Below are positions 39,320-50,843 of a stretch of DNA of 64,000 bases, piece by piece; position 1 is the first letter of the stretch, and each line of letters begins with the position of its first letter. A model generated the notes under the pieces. The model made no database searches. It saw only the letters and a program-made list of their open reading frames with translations, and was not told the DNA's origin. Location: positions 6,684-70,683 of the forward strand of contig CAYTUG010000010.1 in assembly GCA_964441275.1 (NCBI GenBank), read 5' to 3'. Origin of the DNA: an uncultured Christensenellaceae bacterium. Its GTDB lineage: Bacteria; Bacillota; Clostridia; Christensenellales; SZUA-584. A program made the translations under genes and the position numbers.

Positions 39320-42300
39320 TTGATTTGTTGGATTGGTGGTATCAATAGCAAACAAAAATATCGTGAAGAAGGGTTTTTTTTGACCGAAATACTCTCCGCT
39401 TTTTTCGATAACGAAGCGTTGCTTTGTCTTGATCTAAAGAAAAACATTAAATACTGCAACTTTCAGCTACTAAAACTTTTTGGACTTAAACAATTGCCGG
39501 TCGGCACCAGGTTTGACGATGTATTCGATTTAGCTACCGACTATATGAAAGATTGCGCTGTTTGGCAGCCGTTTTGCGCTATTTACAAACCCACGGGCGC
39601 TAAGGCGGACGGTATTTTGCGCTGCGATAAAAACGGCTACCGGTTCATTTTTTGTGAATGCGGCCAGCGCGAGCGGATATGCCCGCTTCACTTCGATCAA
39701 AAACATGTTTCTTTACTGTTTAGCAACATGCGTGAAGGCGTTGCGATACACCGGCTTGTTTTCAAAGCCGGAAAAGCGGTTGACTATATTATTGAAGGCA
39801 TGAATGAAAGCTTTGCGGCAATGTTTGGTCTTGAGTGCAAAAAAGCGGTAGGACGGCTTGCGAGCAGTTTATTCGACAATGCAAAGGCGCCGTTTATAAA
39901 TAAGTTTGCAAGCGCAGTGCAATCCGAACAGCCGAGCCAGTTCGATATATTCTATTCCCGTTTAAACAGGCATTATTTATTTTCAGTCACTCCATGGGAT
40001 AAATCGCATTTTGGCACCGTAGTTTCGGATTTATCGCAAAGCCGATATTCGCAAATGCTTTATAAAGCGCTTAACGAGGCGGCGGCCGATATAAGCAACG
40101 TAGTCGAGATGGACAAATTGTTTGACGGCACAGAAAAAGCGCTGCGCAAAAACGGGTTTGAATGTATGCTCATTCTTCTAAATGAAGAGGCAGTAGCCAC
40201 CGAAACATATCAAAGCTTTAGCGAGCCAAAGCGAATTGAGCATAAAGAGCAACCTTGCATGTTAGACAAGATTTGTTCAGATGCTGTCGCTAAACGCCGT
40301 ACCGCTTATATTGAAAGCCTGAATATGCATAAAATTTTGTCTAAGGCTGGTTATGACAAAGATTTGAAATGTATTGTTTCTCCTTTAACGCAATCAGGCA
40401 AACTGATAGGTATATTTGCGGTTTTATCGGCCGGGCTCAAACAGAGAGATGTTGACGCAGTAACTGCATTCGCCAATCAGTTAGCCGCCATTATTGAAAA
40501 AGTTGCGTTGATTAAGGATTTGCGCGCGCATATCGTTAAACTTGAAATGTCAAGAAAAGCGCACAAGGACGCGGCGGAGCGGTTGAAATTAGCATCAAGC
40601 GCAAGCCGCGTCGGGGTTTGGGACATAGATTTAATTCGCAAAGTTGAATACATTGATTCAACCCTCGAAAAAATTTATGGCATTGAACCGGACTCTTTTG
40701 ACGGGAACATTAAAACCCAGAACAAGTATATCCACCCCGACGATTCGGAGCGTGTCAAAAAGGCTTTTTACGATGCGTTAAAAGGCAACGCAAACTATTC
40801 TGTTGAATATCGCATTGTTTTGAAAGACGGTACTATTCGTCATATAAGCAGTACGGGGATGCTGCACAAAGATGAGAACGCAGATCCTATAAGGATGGTA
40901 GGCACCGATTGGGACATAACCGAGAGCAAAAAGGCGGAACTCGCTCTGATGGCGGAAAAAGAGTTGATGGCGGCAACGCTCAGATCAATTGGTGACGGCG
41001 TTGTGGTGACAGATAAAGACGGGCGGGTAACGCTTGCGAACGCTCAGTTTGAACAGATCAGCGGGCTTGAGCGCGCGCAGATAGACGGGCGTTTGTTAGG
41101 AGAGTTATTTATAACGGTCAACAAGGGCTCAAATGATACTGCAGGGTTTAGCATTATAGAAAAAGCGTTAAGAACAGGCCGCGTATATTCTTATTCGGAC
41201 TGTGAAATGATACGCAAGGATGAAAAAATTGTGCCCGTTGCCTATACTGCTGCTCCTATAAAGGATTCCAAATCAGAAATATGCGGGAGCGTAGTCGTTA
41301 TCCGGGACATTACGCAAGAAAAGAAGAAACAGGAAAGAATAGACTTTTTGTTATATCATGATACGCTTACCGGAGTGTTCAACAGGCGATATTTCAACAT
41401 GATGTTAAGAAAATATGATACGAAAAACTGTTTGCCTATATCAATTTTAAGCTGTGACGTCAACGGGTTAAAGCTTACCAACGATGCTTTTGGGCATGAT
41501 GCCGGGGACAGGCTTTTGCAGCGTATGGCGTCTATTATGGAAAGATCGGTACGGGCTAACGATATTGTTGCGCGTATAGGGGGAGACGAATTTTACATAC
41601 TTTTGCCAAACGCCGACGAGCTGCAAGCAATTGAAATTTGCGAAAGGATAGAGGAATTGGCTGCCAACAGCCGAAAACTTGAGATTGATTCTACAATCTC
41701 TATTGGCATAGGGACAAAATATAAGATTGACGAAAAAATAAGCACGATAATAAAAATGGCCGAAAGCAAGATGTATCGCACCAAAACTTTTAAAGATTCC
41801 GACAGGAAGGACAACCTTATAAACAACATATTGCAAACGCTGCATAAAAAAAGGCCTTGTGAGAAGCGTCACGCGCAATCAGTTAGCAATATAAGCGCCG
41901 GAATTGCAAAGCAAATGGGATTAAGCCAACGGGAAATTGACGAAATAAAAATTGCGGGGCTTATGCACGACATAGGCAAAATTGCATTACCGGAAAATAT
42001 CTTTAATAAACGGGAAGCTTTATCGGAAGCCGAGTGGGCGGAAATAAAAAGACATTGTGAAATAGGCTTTCGGATTATTTCTACATCTGTTGATTTGGCG
42101 TACATTGCAAAGACGGTTATAGCACATCATGAACGTTTTGACGGAAAAGGTTATCCGAGCGGGCTAAAAGCCGAAGAAATACCGCTTGCGGCAAGAATCT
42201 TAGCCGTTGCCGACGCTTATGACGCCATGACAAATGAAAGGCCTTACCGTTCGCCTTTTAATAAGTCTGCAGCCTTAAAAGAAATATCGGATTGCAGCGG

Positions 42301-42376
42301 CACTCAGTTTGACCCAAAAGTTGTGGATATGTTTTTCAAGTTTATTCAAAAAGACGATGAAAAATCGTTGTTTTGA
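39320..42376 (+). CDS. PAS/GAF sensor, GGDEF and HD-GYP protein (true start may be downstream, e.g. TTG 39380)
   Basis: IHPDD PAS; DVNGLKLTNDAFGHDAGD; RAND I-site then GGDEF; HDIGK, HHERFDGKGYP. Confidence 0.92.
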   Translation: MICWIGGINSKQKYREEGFFLTEILSAFFDNEALLCLDLKKNIKYCNFQLLKLFGLKQLPVGTRFDDVFDLATDYMKDCAVWQPFCAIYKPTGAKADGILRCDKNGYRFIFCECGQRERICPLHFDQKHVSLLFSNMREGVAIHRLVFKAGKAVDYIIEGMNESFAAMFGLECKKAVGRLASSLFDNAKAPFINKFASAVQSEQPSQFDIFYSRLNRHYLFSVTPWDKSHFGTVVSDLSQSRYSQMLYKALNEAAADISNVVEMDKLFDGTEKALRKNGFECMLILLNEEAVATETYQSFSEPKRIEHKEQPCMLDKICSDAVAKRRTAYIESLNMHKILSKAGYDKDLKCIVSPLTQSGKLIGIFAVLSAGLKQRDVDAVTAFANQLAAIIEKVALIKDLRAHIVKLEMSRKAHKDAAERLKLASSASRVGVWDIDLIRKVEYIDSTLEKIYGIEPDSFDGNIKTQNKYIHPDDSERVKKAFYDALKGNANYSVEYRIVLKDGTIRHISSTGMLHKDENADPIRMVGTDWDITESKKAELALMAEKELMAATLRSIGDGVVVTDKDGRVTLANAQFEQISGLERAQIDGRLLGELFITVNKGSNDTAGFSIIEKALRTGRVYSYSDCEMIRKDEKIVPVAYTAAPIKDSKSEICGSVVVIRDITQEKKKQERIDFLLYHDTLTGVFNRRYFNMMLRKYDTKNCLPISILSCDVNGLKLTNDAFGHDAGDRLLQRMASIMERSVRANDIVARIGGDEFYILLPNADELQAIEICERIEELAANSRKLEIDSTISIGIGTKYKIDEKISTIIKMAESKMYRTKTFKDSDRKDNLINNILQTLHKKRPCEKRHAQSVSNISAGIAKQMGLSQREIDEIKIAGLMHDIGKIALPENIFNKREALSEAEWAEIKRHCEIGFRIISTSVDLAYIAKTVIAHHERFDGKGYPSGLKAEEIPLAARILAVADAYDAMTNERPYRSPFNKSAALKEISDCSGTQFDPKVVDMFFKFIQKDDEKSLF

Positions 42377-42420
42377 TTTATGTACAGAACTGCAATAAAG
42401 GCGTACGGGGGGAAATGTTG

Positions 42421-43452
42421 ATGCAAAAACTTTCAACTATAGAATGGGACGGGCGTTGTTTGGAGCTGCTGGATCAAACCCAGCTGCCGAGTAAAACTGT
42501 TTACCTGAGCATTGATACGGTAAAAGGTGTTTATGACGCAATAAACACTATGCAGGTAAGGGGGGCGCCGGTAATCGGTGTGGCGGCTGCTTATGGGATG
42601 GTGATGGCGGCGCGCAACATAAAAGCAAAGAAGTTTGATTCCTTTTTAAGAGAGCTAAAAAAGCAAGCGGATACGCTCTCGTCTGCGCGCCCTACTGCTG
42701 TAAATTTGCCTTGGGCAGTTGGAAGGATGTTAGACGCCGTAAGAATTCACGGTAAACTAAACGGATTGCTTGAAAGGCTCGAGCAAGAAGCGATAACTAT
42801 ACACAAAGAAGATATATTTACAAACAGGCGCATAGGCGAATACTCTTTAAGCCTATTAAAAACCGGGTACGGGGTTCTTACCCATTGTAATGCGGGCATG
42901 CTTGCCACCACAAAATACGGCACGGGGCTTGCCGCATTCTATTTGGCGAAAGAGCGCGGAATGGATATTAAAGTATATGTAGGAGAAACGCGCCCGCGCT
43001 TTCAAGGCGCGTCGCTTACGGCGTATGAACTGCTGCATTCCGGGATTGACGTTACTTTAATCTGCGACAGCACCGCGGCTTTTCTTTTTAAACAGGGGAA
43101 GATAGACGCCGTTTTGACAGGTTGCGACAGGGTGGCTGCCAACGGCGATATTGCAAATAAAATCGGCACGTTCGGGCTCTCAATTGCCGCGAAACATTTC
43201 GGGATACCTATGTATATTGCGGCTCCCGTCTCGACAATAGATTTAGGCTGTGAAACCGGGGACCAGATTCCCATTGAAGAGCGCAGCGGAGACGAAATAA
43301 AAAATATAGGCGGCATATACATAGCGCCAAAGGACGTAAAAACATACAACCCGGCTTTCGATATTACCCCTGCCGAGAACATAACCGCAATTATAACCGA
43401 ATACGGTATAGCCCGTCCGCCTTATAACGAGAGTTTGAAAGATATAGTTTAG
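42421..43452 (+). CDS. mtnA: S-methyl-5-thioribose-1-phosphate isomerase
   Basis: LDQTQLP, MQVRGAPVIG, ARPTAVNL, THCNAG, ETRPRFQG, ANKIGT, NPAFDITP. Confidence 0.96.
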   Translation: MQKLSTIEWDGRCLELLDQTQLPSKTVYLSIDTVKGVYDAINTMQVRGAPVIGVAAAYGMVMAARNIKAKKFDSFLRELKKQADTLSSARPTAVNLPWAVGRMLDAVRIHGKLNGLLERLEQEAITIHKEDIFTNRRIGEYSLSLLKTGYGVLTHCNAGMLATTKYGTGLAAFYLAKERGMDIKVYVGETRPRFQGASLTAYELLHSGIDVTLICDSTAAFLFKQGKIDAVLTGCDRVAANGDIANKIGTFGLSIAAKHFGIPMYIAAPVSTIDLGCETGDQIPIEERSGDEIKNIGGIYIAPKDVKTYNPAFDITPAENITAIITEYGIARPPYNESLKDIV

Positions 43453-43720
43453 TAGGATTAAACAAACGGCATAAGTTTAAAACATATTAAATCTTATAGT
43501 AAAAGTTAGCTGCTATAATTTTTGCATATGCGCTTTTTGAACAGGCGTTATTTTGTATTCTTAAGATAAAAATATTTATTATAGCGCGCAAAGAATCTGC
43601 TTGGCGAGGTATAGCCAAATTGCCAAAAAACCAAGCGGATTTTTTAATACTGCTTTTTAACGCATATAAGAAAGCTGAATTTGGTTATCATATAATCAAA
43701 AGAATTAACGAGGATATAAT

Positions 43721-45640
43721 GTGATGTTTGAAAAATTTCTCTCTCCCGGAAAAATAGGAGGTTTAGAGCTTAAAAACCGCAGCATATTTCCGCCCATGGG
43801 TTCCGGGTATGTTGACGATGAGTATGTGCGCGATGTGCTTATTGATTATCATGTGCGGCGCGTTCAAGGCGGATGCGCAATGAACATTGTCGAGATTGCA
43901 TCGGTGCATATTACCAGCAAAGCGCCTAATATAATAGGAATTTACGACGATAAGTTTATACCCAGCCTTAGCAGGTTAGCGCAGTCCATAAAGGCGGCGG
44001 GCGGAATCGCCTGCATACAGCTTTGGCACGGCGGACGTCAAACATCGGGCAAGCCGTTTGGCGGCAAACCGTTTGCGCCCTCGGCAATAACGTGCGCTAT
44101 GATAGGCGAAACGCCGCATGCCATGACATTAGAAGAGGTTGAGCAGATAGTAAGCGCATACGGAGACGCCGCTGTGCGGGCAAGGGAAGCCGGTTTTGAC
44201 GCTGTCGAGATTCATGGCGCTCACGGATATCTGATTGACGCTTTTCTAAATCCGTATACGAACGTGCGTACAGACAAATACGGCGGCAGCCCCGAAAACC
44301 GCGCAAGGTTCGGGTGTGAGGTTATTGCGGATGTCAGGCGGAAAACAGGCTCTGATTATACTGTGCTGTTTAGAATGAGCGCGCGCGAAAATGTTAAAGG
44401 CGGGATTGAGCTTGATGATGCAATCGATGCGGCTAAACGGTACCAAGCGCAGGGAGTTGATGCGTTTGACGTATCCCAAGGATGCTATGACGCATTGCCT
44501 TATACCGTTCCGCCGTATTATCAACCGCATATGGTAAACGTAAACAACGCCGGCGCAATAAAAAGACAAACAAATGTGCCTATGGTTGTGGCAGGCAGGA
44601 TAACAACCCCGCAGATGGCGGAATATGTGCTGCAAAAAGGTTATGCGGATTTTATTTCTTTGGGAAGACCGCAGCTTGCCGACCCCGATTTTGTCAACAA
44701 AACGATGCAAGGGCGCGCCGATGAAATAGTACGGTGCATAGCCTGCAACCAGGGCTGTGTCGGGCGGATGTTTGCCGGACTGGGCGCAAGCTGTATATTT
44801 ACCCCCGCTACAGGCAATGAAAAGGAAGCTGTGATGACAGCAGCGAAGAAAAAGAAGAAGGTTTTGGTAATAGGCGGAGGGCCGGCGGGCTTGGAAGCGG
44901 CGCGGGTTGCCGCGCAGCGCGGGCACAGCGTTACTCTTTTTGAAAAAACGGTGTCGCTTGGCGGACAGTTTTTGCAGGCCGGAAGGGCGCCCCATAAGCG
45001 CGAATTTAGCGCATCCGCGCAGCATATGGGATACCGGGCGCACAAGGCGGGGGTTGACATAAGGCTTTACACTGAGGCGACGTTGGAAAACATAAAAGAG
45101 ATCGGGCCCGATGTGATTGTATTGGCAACGGGAAGCGACCCGTATTTTCCCGATTTGCCGGGGGCGCAAAAAGGTAACGTTTACGAAGGCCGGCTTGTTA
45201 TAGCGGGGGAAACGTTTGTAAAAGAGCAGTGCGTAGTCGTAATCGGGGGAGGGCTTGTCGGGCTGGAGGCTATGGAGGTTTTGACGGCTCAGGGCAAAGC
45301 GGTGACCGTGGTTGAGATGCTTGACGAGATAGGAATGGACCTTGAGATGTACATACGCCCGTATATGCTAAGCATAATAGAAAAGAACGGTGTGAATGTG
45401 CTTACGGGCACAAAATGCCTCACTGTCTGCGACGGTTATATCACCGCAGCTAAAGACGAAGATACAATAGAACTGCGCTGCGAAGCAGTCGTTATAGCGG
45501 CGGGCGCCGTCTCAAACAGAAATGTCAAAGATATTGCAGATGATTTAGAAATTGAATGCCATGTTATAGGCGATGCGAAAGAACCGGGGAAAGTTTTGGC
45601 CGCAATATGGGAAGGCAACGAATTAGCTAAAAGTTTGTAG
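43721..45640 (+). CDS. NADH:flavin oxidoreductase (Old Yellow Enzyme plus Fe-S and FAD domain; BaiCD/BaiH/FadH-like)
   Basis: EIHGAHGYL, RTDKYGGS.ENRARF, CIACNQGC, IGGGPAGLEAA, VIGGGLVG. Confidence 0.92.
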   Translation: MMFEKFLSPGKIGGLELKNRSIFPPMGSGYVDDEYVRDVLIDYHVRRVQGGCAMNIVEIASVHITSKAPNIIGIYDDKFIPSLSRLAQSIKAAGGIACIQLWHGGRQTSGKPFGGKPFAPSAITCAMIGETPHAMTLEEVEQIVSAYGDAAVRAREAGFDAVEIHGAHGYLIDAFLNPYTNVRTDKYGGSPENRARFGCEVIADVRRKTGSDYTVLFRMSARENVKGGIELDDAIDAAKRYQAQGVDAFDVSQGCYDALPYTVPPYYQPHMVNVNNAGAIKRQTNVPMVVAGRITTPQMAEYVLQKGYADFISLGRPQLADPDFVNKTMQGRADEIVRCIACNQGCVGRMFAGLGASCIFTPATGNEKEAVMTAAKKKKKVLVIGGGPAGLEAARVAAQRGHSVTLFEKTVSLGGQFLQAGRAPHKREFSASAQHMGYRAHKAGVDIRLYTEATLENIKEIGPDVIVLATGSDPYFPDLPGAQKGNVYEGRLVIAGETFVKEQCVVVIGGGLVGLEAMEVLTAQGKAVTVVEMLDEIGMDLEMYIRPYMLSIIEKNGVNVLTGTKCLTVCDGYITAAKDEDTIELRCEAVVIAAGAVSNRNVKDIADDLEIECHVIGDAKEPGKVLAAIWEGNELAKSL

Positions 45641-45711
45641 AAGACACGGTGCCCGTGGATTGAAACGAAAAAATAAAGGCAACGAATTAGCTAAAAGCTT
45701 GCAAAAGACAC
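45612..45711 (+). repeat. Imperfect 36-nt direct repeat duplicating the oxidoreductase 3' end
   Basis: AAGGCAACGAATTAGCTAAAAG(T/C)TTG(T/C)A(G/A)AAGACAC at 45612 and 45676 (33/36 identical). Confidence 0.9.
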
Positions 45712-45908
45712 AGCCTTGGCAGTCGCTAAGGCTTGTTTTGTGTTCTGCATTTTTGCGATATTAAGCGGTATCGGAATCAAATTAACCAATTTTGTACGGC
45801 AAATACTAAATCCGCCGGAATAAAAGAAAGATGCAGAACTGAAAGAATGCAATAATGTTTTGAATTATCGTTTAATAAGGCGCGCTTGAAATTTTTTCTT
45901 GAAAAGGC

Positions 45909-45964
45909 TTGCTTTTTTTAATGAATCATTATATCATAAAACCATATGGTCAAAGAAAGTCAAA
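45909..45964 (+). promoter_or_regulatory. SigA-type promoter and CtsR box upstream of cbpA-clpB
   Basis: TTGCTT-17 nt-TATCAT, then GGTCAAA-GAA-AGTCAAA (45948-45964) matching the CtsR heptad direct repeat. Confidence 0.7.
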
Positions 45965-46008
45965 GGTTATAAATGGAAAGCAAAAGCGGCTGAAAGGAGG
46001 GATGCGCA

Positions 46009-46974
46009 GTGGAGTATAAAGATTATTATAAAATTTTAGGAGTAGAAAAAACATCATCACAGGATGAAGTGAAAAAGGCGTACAGAAAGCTTGCAAAAAA
46101 ACATCATCCGGACGCCAACAAAGGCAACAGCGCATCTGAAGAAAAGTTTAAAGAGATAAGCGAAGCTTATGAAGTGCTCGGGGACGAACAAAAACGCAAA
46201 AAATACGATACGTTCGGGAATCAGACCCAATTTGCAGGGGGGCATAACTTTGATCCTTCGCAGTACGGGTTTGGAAATGTACGGTATGAACATGCGGGCT
46301 CGGGCGATAGGAGCGATTTTTTCAACATGTTTTTTTCGGGCGCTTTTGATGATTTATTATCTGCCGCCCAGGGCAACGGTGCATACTATTACCAAACCGA
46401 TGATATGTCGAATCTGTTCAGGGGAGGCAGACAGCATAAAGCGAGGGCTTATGACGGAGAGAATATACAAGCGCAGATAAGCTTGACGCCTGAAGAAGGC
46501 GCTTTTGGGGTTGCAAGGCAGATTGCGGTAAAAACCGATAAAGGTATGCGTACAATAAACTTTAAGGTGCCTGCCGGGGTGTCGGACGGCGAGACAATAC
46601 GAATAAAGGGGCAGGGACAGCAAGGCGCAGGCGGCGGAAAGAGCGGAGATATAATGCTGACCGTACATATGACAAACAGCGCCCGATATTCTTTTGACGA
46701 CGGCAAACTTGTTATGCATGCGGACATCAGTCCATGGGACGCGGCGCTTGGGGCAAAATTGGCTGTAGATACGTTCAACGGGAGGATTATGGTTAACGTG
46801 CCGCCCGGAGTGCAAACGGGCAAAAGGATTAGAGTCGCCGGGAGGGGCTATCCTTTCAGGGGGAAGGCTCAGGGAAATTTGCTTATAGAGCTTAGCATAA
46901 AAAATCCCGTTCGGCTGACCGATTCTCAAAAGAAGTTATATGAACAGCTTAAAAGCTTAGACGATGGTCGTTAA
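46009..46974 (+). CDS. DnaJ class II co-chaperone (CbpA-like)
   Basis: J domain with HHPD, G/F-rich region, no Zn finger, DnaJ C-terminal domain. Confidence 0.92.
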   Translation: MEYKDYYKILGVEKTSSQDEVKKAYRKLAKKHHPDANKGNSASEEKFKEISEAYEVLGDEQKRKKYDTFGNQTQFAGGHNFDPSQYGFGNVRYEHAGSGDRSDFFNMFFSGAFDDLLSAAQGNGAYYYQTDDMSNLFRGGRQHKARAYDGENIQAQISLTPEEGAFGVARQIAVKTDKGMRTINFKVPAGVSDGETIRIKGQGQQGAGGGKSGDIMLTVHMTNSARYSFDDGKLVMHADISPWDAALGAKLAVDTFNGRIMVNVPPGVQTGKRIRVAGRGYPFRGKAQGNLLIELSIKNPVRLTDSQKKLYEQLKSLDDGR

Positions 46975-47010
46975 ACTATTGCGGCAATATGCCATTAAGG
47001 AGGGATAAAA

Positions 47011-49590
47011 ATGGAACTTGACAGATTTACTGAAAAAGCGATTGCGGCGATTAACGCGGCGCAACAGGCTGGAATCCGCAGCTCTCATCAGCAGATTGAC
47101 GGAGAACATCTGAATTGGGCGCTCGTCTCGCAGCAGGAAGGGCTTATACCTAAGCTATTGCAGTATATGGGAATTGATACGGCGCAGTATTTATCTGCGC
47201 TTGAAGATAAGTTAAACCGGCTGCCCAAGGTGCAGGGCGCTTCCGCTTCGGTATACGCTTCACGCCGTTTCAGCGAGATTATCGTTGGCGCGCAGGATGA
47301 AGCAAAGCGTTTTAAGGACGATTATGCGGGTGTGGAACACCTTTTCATATCTCTTATAAAAGAGCGAGGTACGCCTTCTTCGAATTTATTTGCTCAGTTT
47401 GGAATAACGCTTGATAAGTTTATGGAGGCGCTTTCAAAGGTGCGGGGGAACCAGCGCGTGACTTCACAAAACCCGGAAGAGACTTACGACTCGCTAACCC
47501 GGTTTGGGCGGGATCTTGTAGAGCTTGCGCGGCAGGGGAAGATTGATCCGGTGATAGGGCGCGATGGCGAAATACGCCGAGCCATAAGAATTCTATCCCG
47601 GCGTACAAAAAACAATCCGGTGCTGATAGGAGAGCCGGGGGTTGGGAAAACGGCCGTGGTTGAGGGGCTTGCGCAGCGCATACTTGAAGGCGATGTGCCC
47701 GAAGGGTTAAAAGACAAAACCATATTCGCGCTCGATTTGGGCGCGCTTATCGCAGGGGCAAAGTATCGCGGAGAGTTTGAAGAGCGTTTAAAAGCTGTAT
47801 TGTCGGACATCAACAAATCGGAAGGCAGGATAATATTGTTTATCGATGAGCTGCATAACATAGTGGGCGCGGGAAAAGCGGAAGGCGCAATGGATGCGGG
47901 CAATATATTAAAACCAATGTTAGCAAGGGGGGAGCTTCACTGCATAGGCGCAACTACGCTTGACGAGTACCGCAAATATATAGAAAAGGACGCGGCTCTC
48001 GAGAGGCGGTTTCAGCCAATACTTATTGAACCGCCGTCGGTTGAGGATACCATATCCATATTGCGGGGGTTAAAGGAAAGGTTTGAGATACACCACGGAG
48101 TAAAAATAACAGACGGTGCGCTTATATCGAGCGCCGTATTATCCGACCGGTATATATCCGATAGATTTTTGCCCGATAAGGCTATAGATCTGATGGACGA
48201 AGCGGCGGCTATGATACGCACAGAGATAGACAGCATGCCGACGGAACTTGACGAGATATCGCGCCGGGTCATGCAGCTTGAGGTTGAGCGGCAGGCGCTG
48301 AAAAAGGAAAGCGATGCGGCAAGCAAAGCGAGGCTAAAGGCGTTAGAAAAAGAGCTTTCAAGCCAAAAAGAACAGGCCGACAAACTAAAAGCGCAGTGGG
48401 AGCTGGAGAAAGCCGCGTTATTGAAAGAGAAAGAGCTAAAGCAGCGGATAGAGGAGCTTAAGCGGCGCATAGAAGATGCAAAAAGGCAATATGATTTTGA
48501 ACAGGCGGCAAAGCTTGAATACGGAGAGTTGCCCGCCCTTGCAAAACAGCAAGAGCAAGAGCGCGGAAAAAAAGCGGAAAATGTGCTTTTAAAAGAAGAG
48601 GTTACGGAGGAAGAAATAGCGCAGATAGTATCGCGGTGGACGGGTATTCCGGTGTCAAAGTTAGTTGAACAAGAGCGCGATAAGCTGTTGAACCTTGAAA
48701 ATATTTTACATAAGCGCGTTGTCGGGCAGGACGAAGCTGTAACCACCGTAAGCGAGGCGGTGCTGCGCGCGCGAAGCGGCTTGAAAGACCCAAAGCGCCC
48801 AATAGGTTCTTTTATATTTTTAGGTCCTACGGGAGTGGGCAAAACAGAGCTTGCGCGAGCCGTTTCGGAAGCGCTTTTTGACAGCGAGGAAAATATGGTG
48901 CGCATCGATATGTCCGAGTACATGGAGAAACACGCGGTTGCGCGGCTTATTGGAGCGCCGCCCGGATACATAGGTTACGATGAGGGAGGGCAGCTTACCG
49001 AGGCAGTGCGCACAAGACCGTACAGCGTAATATTGTTTGACGAGATAGAAAAAGCGCATCACGACGTGTTTAACGTTCTGCTGCAGCTGCTTGACGACGG
49101 GCGTTTAACGGACAGCTCCGGACGTACAGTGGATTTTAAAAATACGGTGGTAATTATGACAAGCAACATAGGCAGCGAGTATTTGCTTACCGGGATAGAT
49201 CAGACGGGGGAGCTTAAAAAAGATGTGCGCGCTATGGTAATATCCGAACTGACGAGCCATTTTAGGCCTGAGTTTTTAAACCGGGTTGACGATATTGTAG
49301 TGTTTAAACCTCTTAAAATTGGGGATATTGTTAAAATAATTGATTTGTCGGTTGCCGCATTGCAATCCCGGCTTGCCGAAAGAAACATTACGCTTGAACT
49401 GACAGCTGCGGCAAAGCGGTTTGTCGCCGAGCAATCGTATACCCCGGCATACGGGGCGAGGCCTGTAAAAAGATATTTGCAAAAAATTATTGAAACCCGG
49501 CTTTCACGAATGATTGTTGCGGGCGGGATAGCTGACGGAGGACATATTACGGTAGACGAATCGGAAGGCGAACTTACCTTTGCAACATAA
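47011..49590 (+). CDS. clpB: ATP-dependent disaggregase ClpB
   Basis: Two AAA modules ([16 protein letters not shown]), [11 protein letters not shown], long coiled-coil middle domain, RIDMSEY. Confidence 0.97.
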   Translation: MELDRFTEKAIAAINAAQQAGIRSSHQQIDGEHLNWALVSQQEGLIPKLLQYMGIDTAQYLSALEDKLNRLPKVQGASASVYASRRFSEIIVGAQDEAKRFKDDYAGVEHLFISLIKERGTPSSNLFAQFGITLDKFMEALSKVRGNQRVTSQNPEETYDSLTRFGRDLVELARQGKIDPVIGRDGEIRRAIRILSRRTKNNPVLIGEPGVGKTAVVEGLAQRILEGDVPEGLKDKTIFALDLGALIAGAKYRGEFEERLKAVLSDINKSEGRIILFIDELHNIVGAGKAEGAMDAGNILKPMLARGELHCIGATTLDEYRKYIEKDAALERRFQPILIEPPSVEDTISILRGLKERFEIHHGVKITDGALISSAVLSDRYISDRFLPDKAIDLMDEAAAMIRTEIDSMPTELDEISRRVMQLEVERQALKKESDAASKARLKALEKELSSQKEQADKLKAQWELEKAALLKEKELKQRIEELKRRIEDAKRQYDFEQAAKLEYGELPALAKQQEQERGKKAENVLLKEEVTEEEIAQIVSRWTGIPVSKLVEQERDKLLNLENILHKRVVGQDEAVTTVSEAVLRARSGLKDPKRPIGSFIFLGPTGVGKTELARAVSEALFDSEENMVRIDMSEYMEKHAVARLIGAPPGYIGYDEGGQLTEAVRTRPYSVILFDEIEKAHHDVFNVLLQLLDDGRLTDSSGRTVDFKNTVVIMTSNIGSEYLLTGIDQTGELKKDVRAMVISELTSHFRPEFLNRVDDIVVFKPLKIGDIVKIIDLSVAALQSRLAERNITLELTAAAKRFVAEQSYTPAYGARPVKRYLQKIIETRLSRMIVAGGIADGGHITVDESEGELTFAT

Positions 49591-49699
49591 AAACGAATCA
49601 TAGTATGTCCGTAAAGTGAGAACATGCGGTGTGAAATTAGCTGTTTTCGGTCAATTAATTGTAAAAAATGCGGCGTTATTGCCCGGAATAAAGTTTTGC

Positions 49700-49731
49700 G
49701 GCGAAAGGCTGGAACCATATAGCCTTTCGCC
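49700..49731. terminator. Strong hairpin between convergent clpB and DUF362 genes
   Basis: Perfect 11-bp stem GGCGAAAGGCT/AGCCTTTCGCC. Confidence 0.7.
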
Positions 49732-49760
49732 AACGCTCTGTTTTTATAAACCTTGGGGGC

Positions 49761-50843
49761 TTACAATACGGTGCACAACTCGTATTTCTCTTTGCCAAGC
49801 CCGAGCACTGAAAGCTCTTTTAGCTGCACAAAAGGGTCTTTGCCGTGTATACGCTCAAACAGGTGACCCGTTTCGCCTAATTTATGATCAATTGGAATAC
49901 CGTCAGGTATTAGCCTTTCCGGCCGGATAGCATCAAGGCTTGCGCGTTCTATGGCGACAATATCACTTCCTGCCATTATTCCGACATCCGGCACCAGAGG
50001 CGGCGTTGATATTCCCCAGCAGTCACAAACAAAAGTTATATCGGTTAAAAAATTAATATAAAATACGCTGCCGGGGTTGAAAGTATCGAGCACTGTTTTA
50101 GTGCATAGCGCCATACCTTTCTGAAAATCGGTATAGTTATGCGAATCAAGCGTAATAGCGTTTGTGGGGCACACCTTAACGCAGTGTTGGCACAATGTGC
50201 AGTTATGATAAAACACGGTATATTTGCCGTTTTCATCGAAGCTGTTTGCATTGTGGTTGCAGCTTGTGATGCATGCCTCGCAGTGGGTACAAAGCGATTC
50301 GTCCCATAAAAGGCCGCCTTCCAAACCGTGTATCTGCTGCCGCGTTCTGTCGGTCACACAGCCCATTGCTATGTTTTTGCAAGCTCCGCCGTAGCCGCAA
50401 GCGCCATGGCCTTTAATATGCGATAGAATTATCATGGCTTCGGCATCGTGAATATTGCCTCCTATATCCACGTTTGTAAAACTGCGGAATGAAACTTCTT
50501 TTTCGTATATGTATTTATCCACAGTGCCGCATACAGGAACAATAGGAGCGCCGATGTAGTTTTCCGTATAACCTCTGCGCTCTGCGCCGTCAACAATATT
50601 ATCTGTTATAAAAGGTTTAGCACCCAAACATTTGAGCTTATCAACAAGCATGCGCACAAAAAGCGGATGGATAGTCGTATATCCTATGTTTCTGCCTACA
50701 TGCATTTTAATCGCTATCCATTTGCCGGCGACATTATCTCCCATATCCATATTTTCGAGAAGTTTTTCAAACCGTGCCGGTAAAGTTTCGCTTGGATCGA
50801 GCGTTTTAAATGTAACCGGCGAGAATAAAATTCTTGAACTCAT
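49761..50843 (-). CDS. DUF362-domain Fe-S protein with 2x[4Fe-4S] ferredoxin insert
   Basis: AIKMHVG, SHIKGH..GGACKNIAMG, CTHCEACITSC / CTLCQHCVKVCP, CDC; ATG 50843 behind GGAGG. Confidence 0.85.
   Translation of the reverse strand: MSSRILFSPVTFKTLDPSETLPARFEKLLENMDMGDNVAGKWIAIKMHVGRNIGYTTIHPLFVRMLVDKLKCLGAKPFITDNIVDGAERRGYTENYIGAPIVPVCGTVDKYIYEKEVSFRSFTNVDIGGNIHDAEAMIILSHIKGHGACGYGGACKNIAMGCVTDRTRQQIHGLEGGLLWDESLCTHCEACITSCNHNANSFDENGKYTVFYHNCTLCQHCVKVCPTNAITLDSHNYTDFQKGMALCTKTVLDTFNPGSVFYINFLTDITFVCDCWGISTPPLVPDVGIMAGSDIVAIERASLDAIRPERLIPDGIPIDHKLGETGHLFERIHGKDPFVQLKELSVLGLGKEKYELCTVL

Noticed and set aside
45612-45711. CRISPR array (36-nt repeat, 28-nt spacer)
   Set aside because: Only two copies, the repeat is coding sequence of the upstream gene, it lacks a CRISPR-like palindrome or terminal motif, and there are no cas genes in the window.
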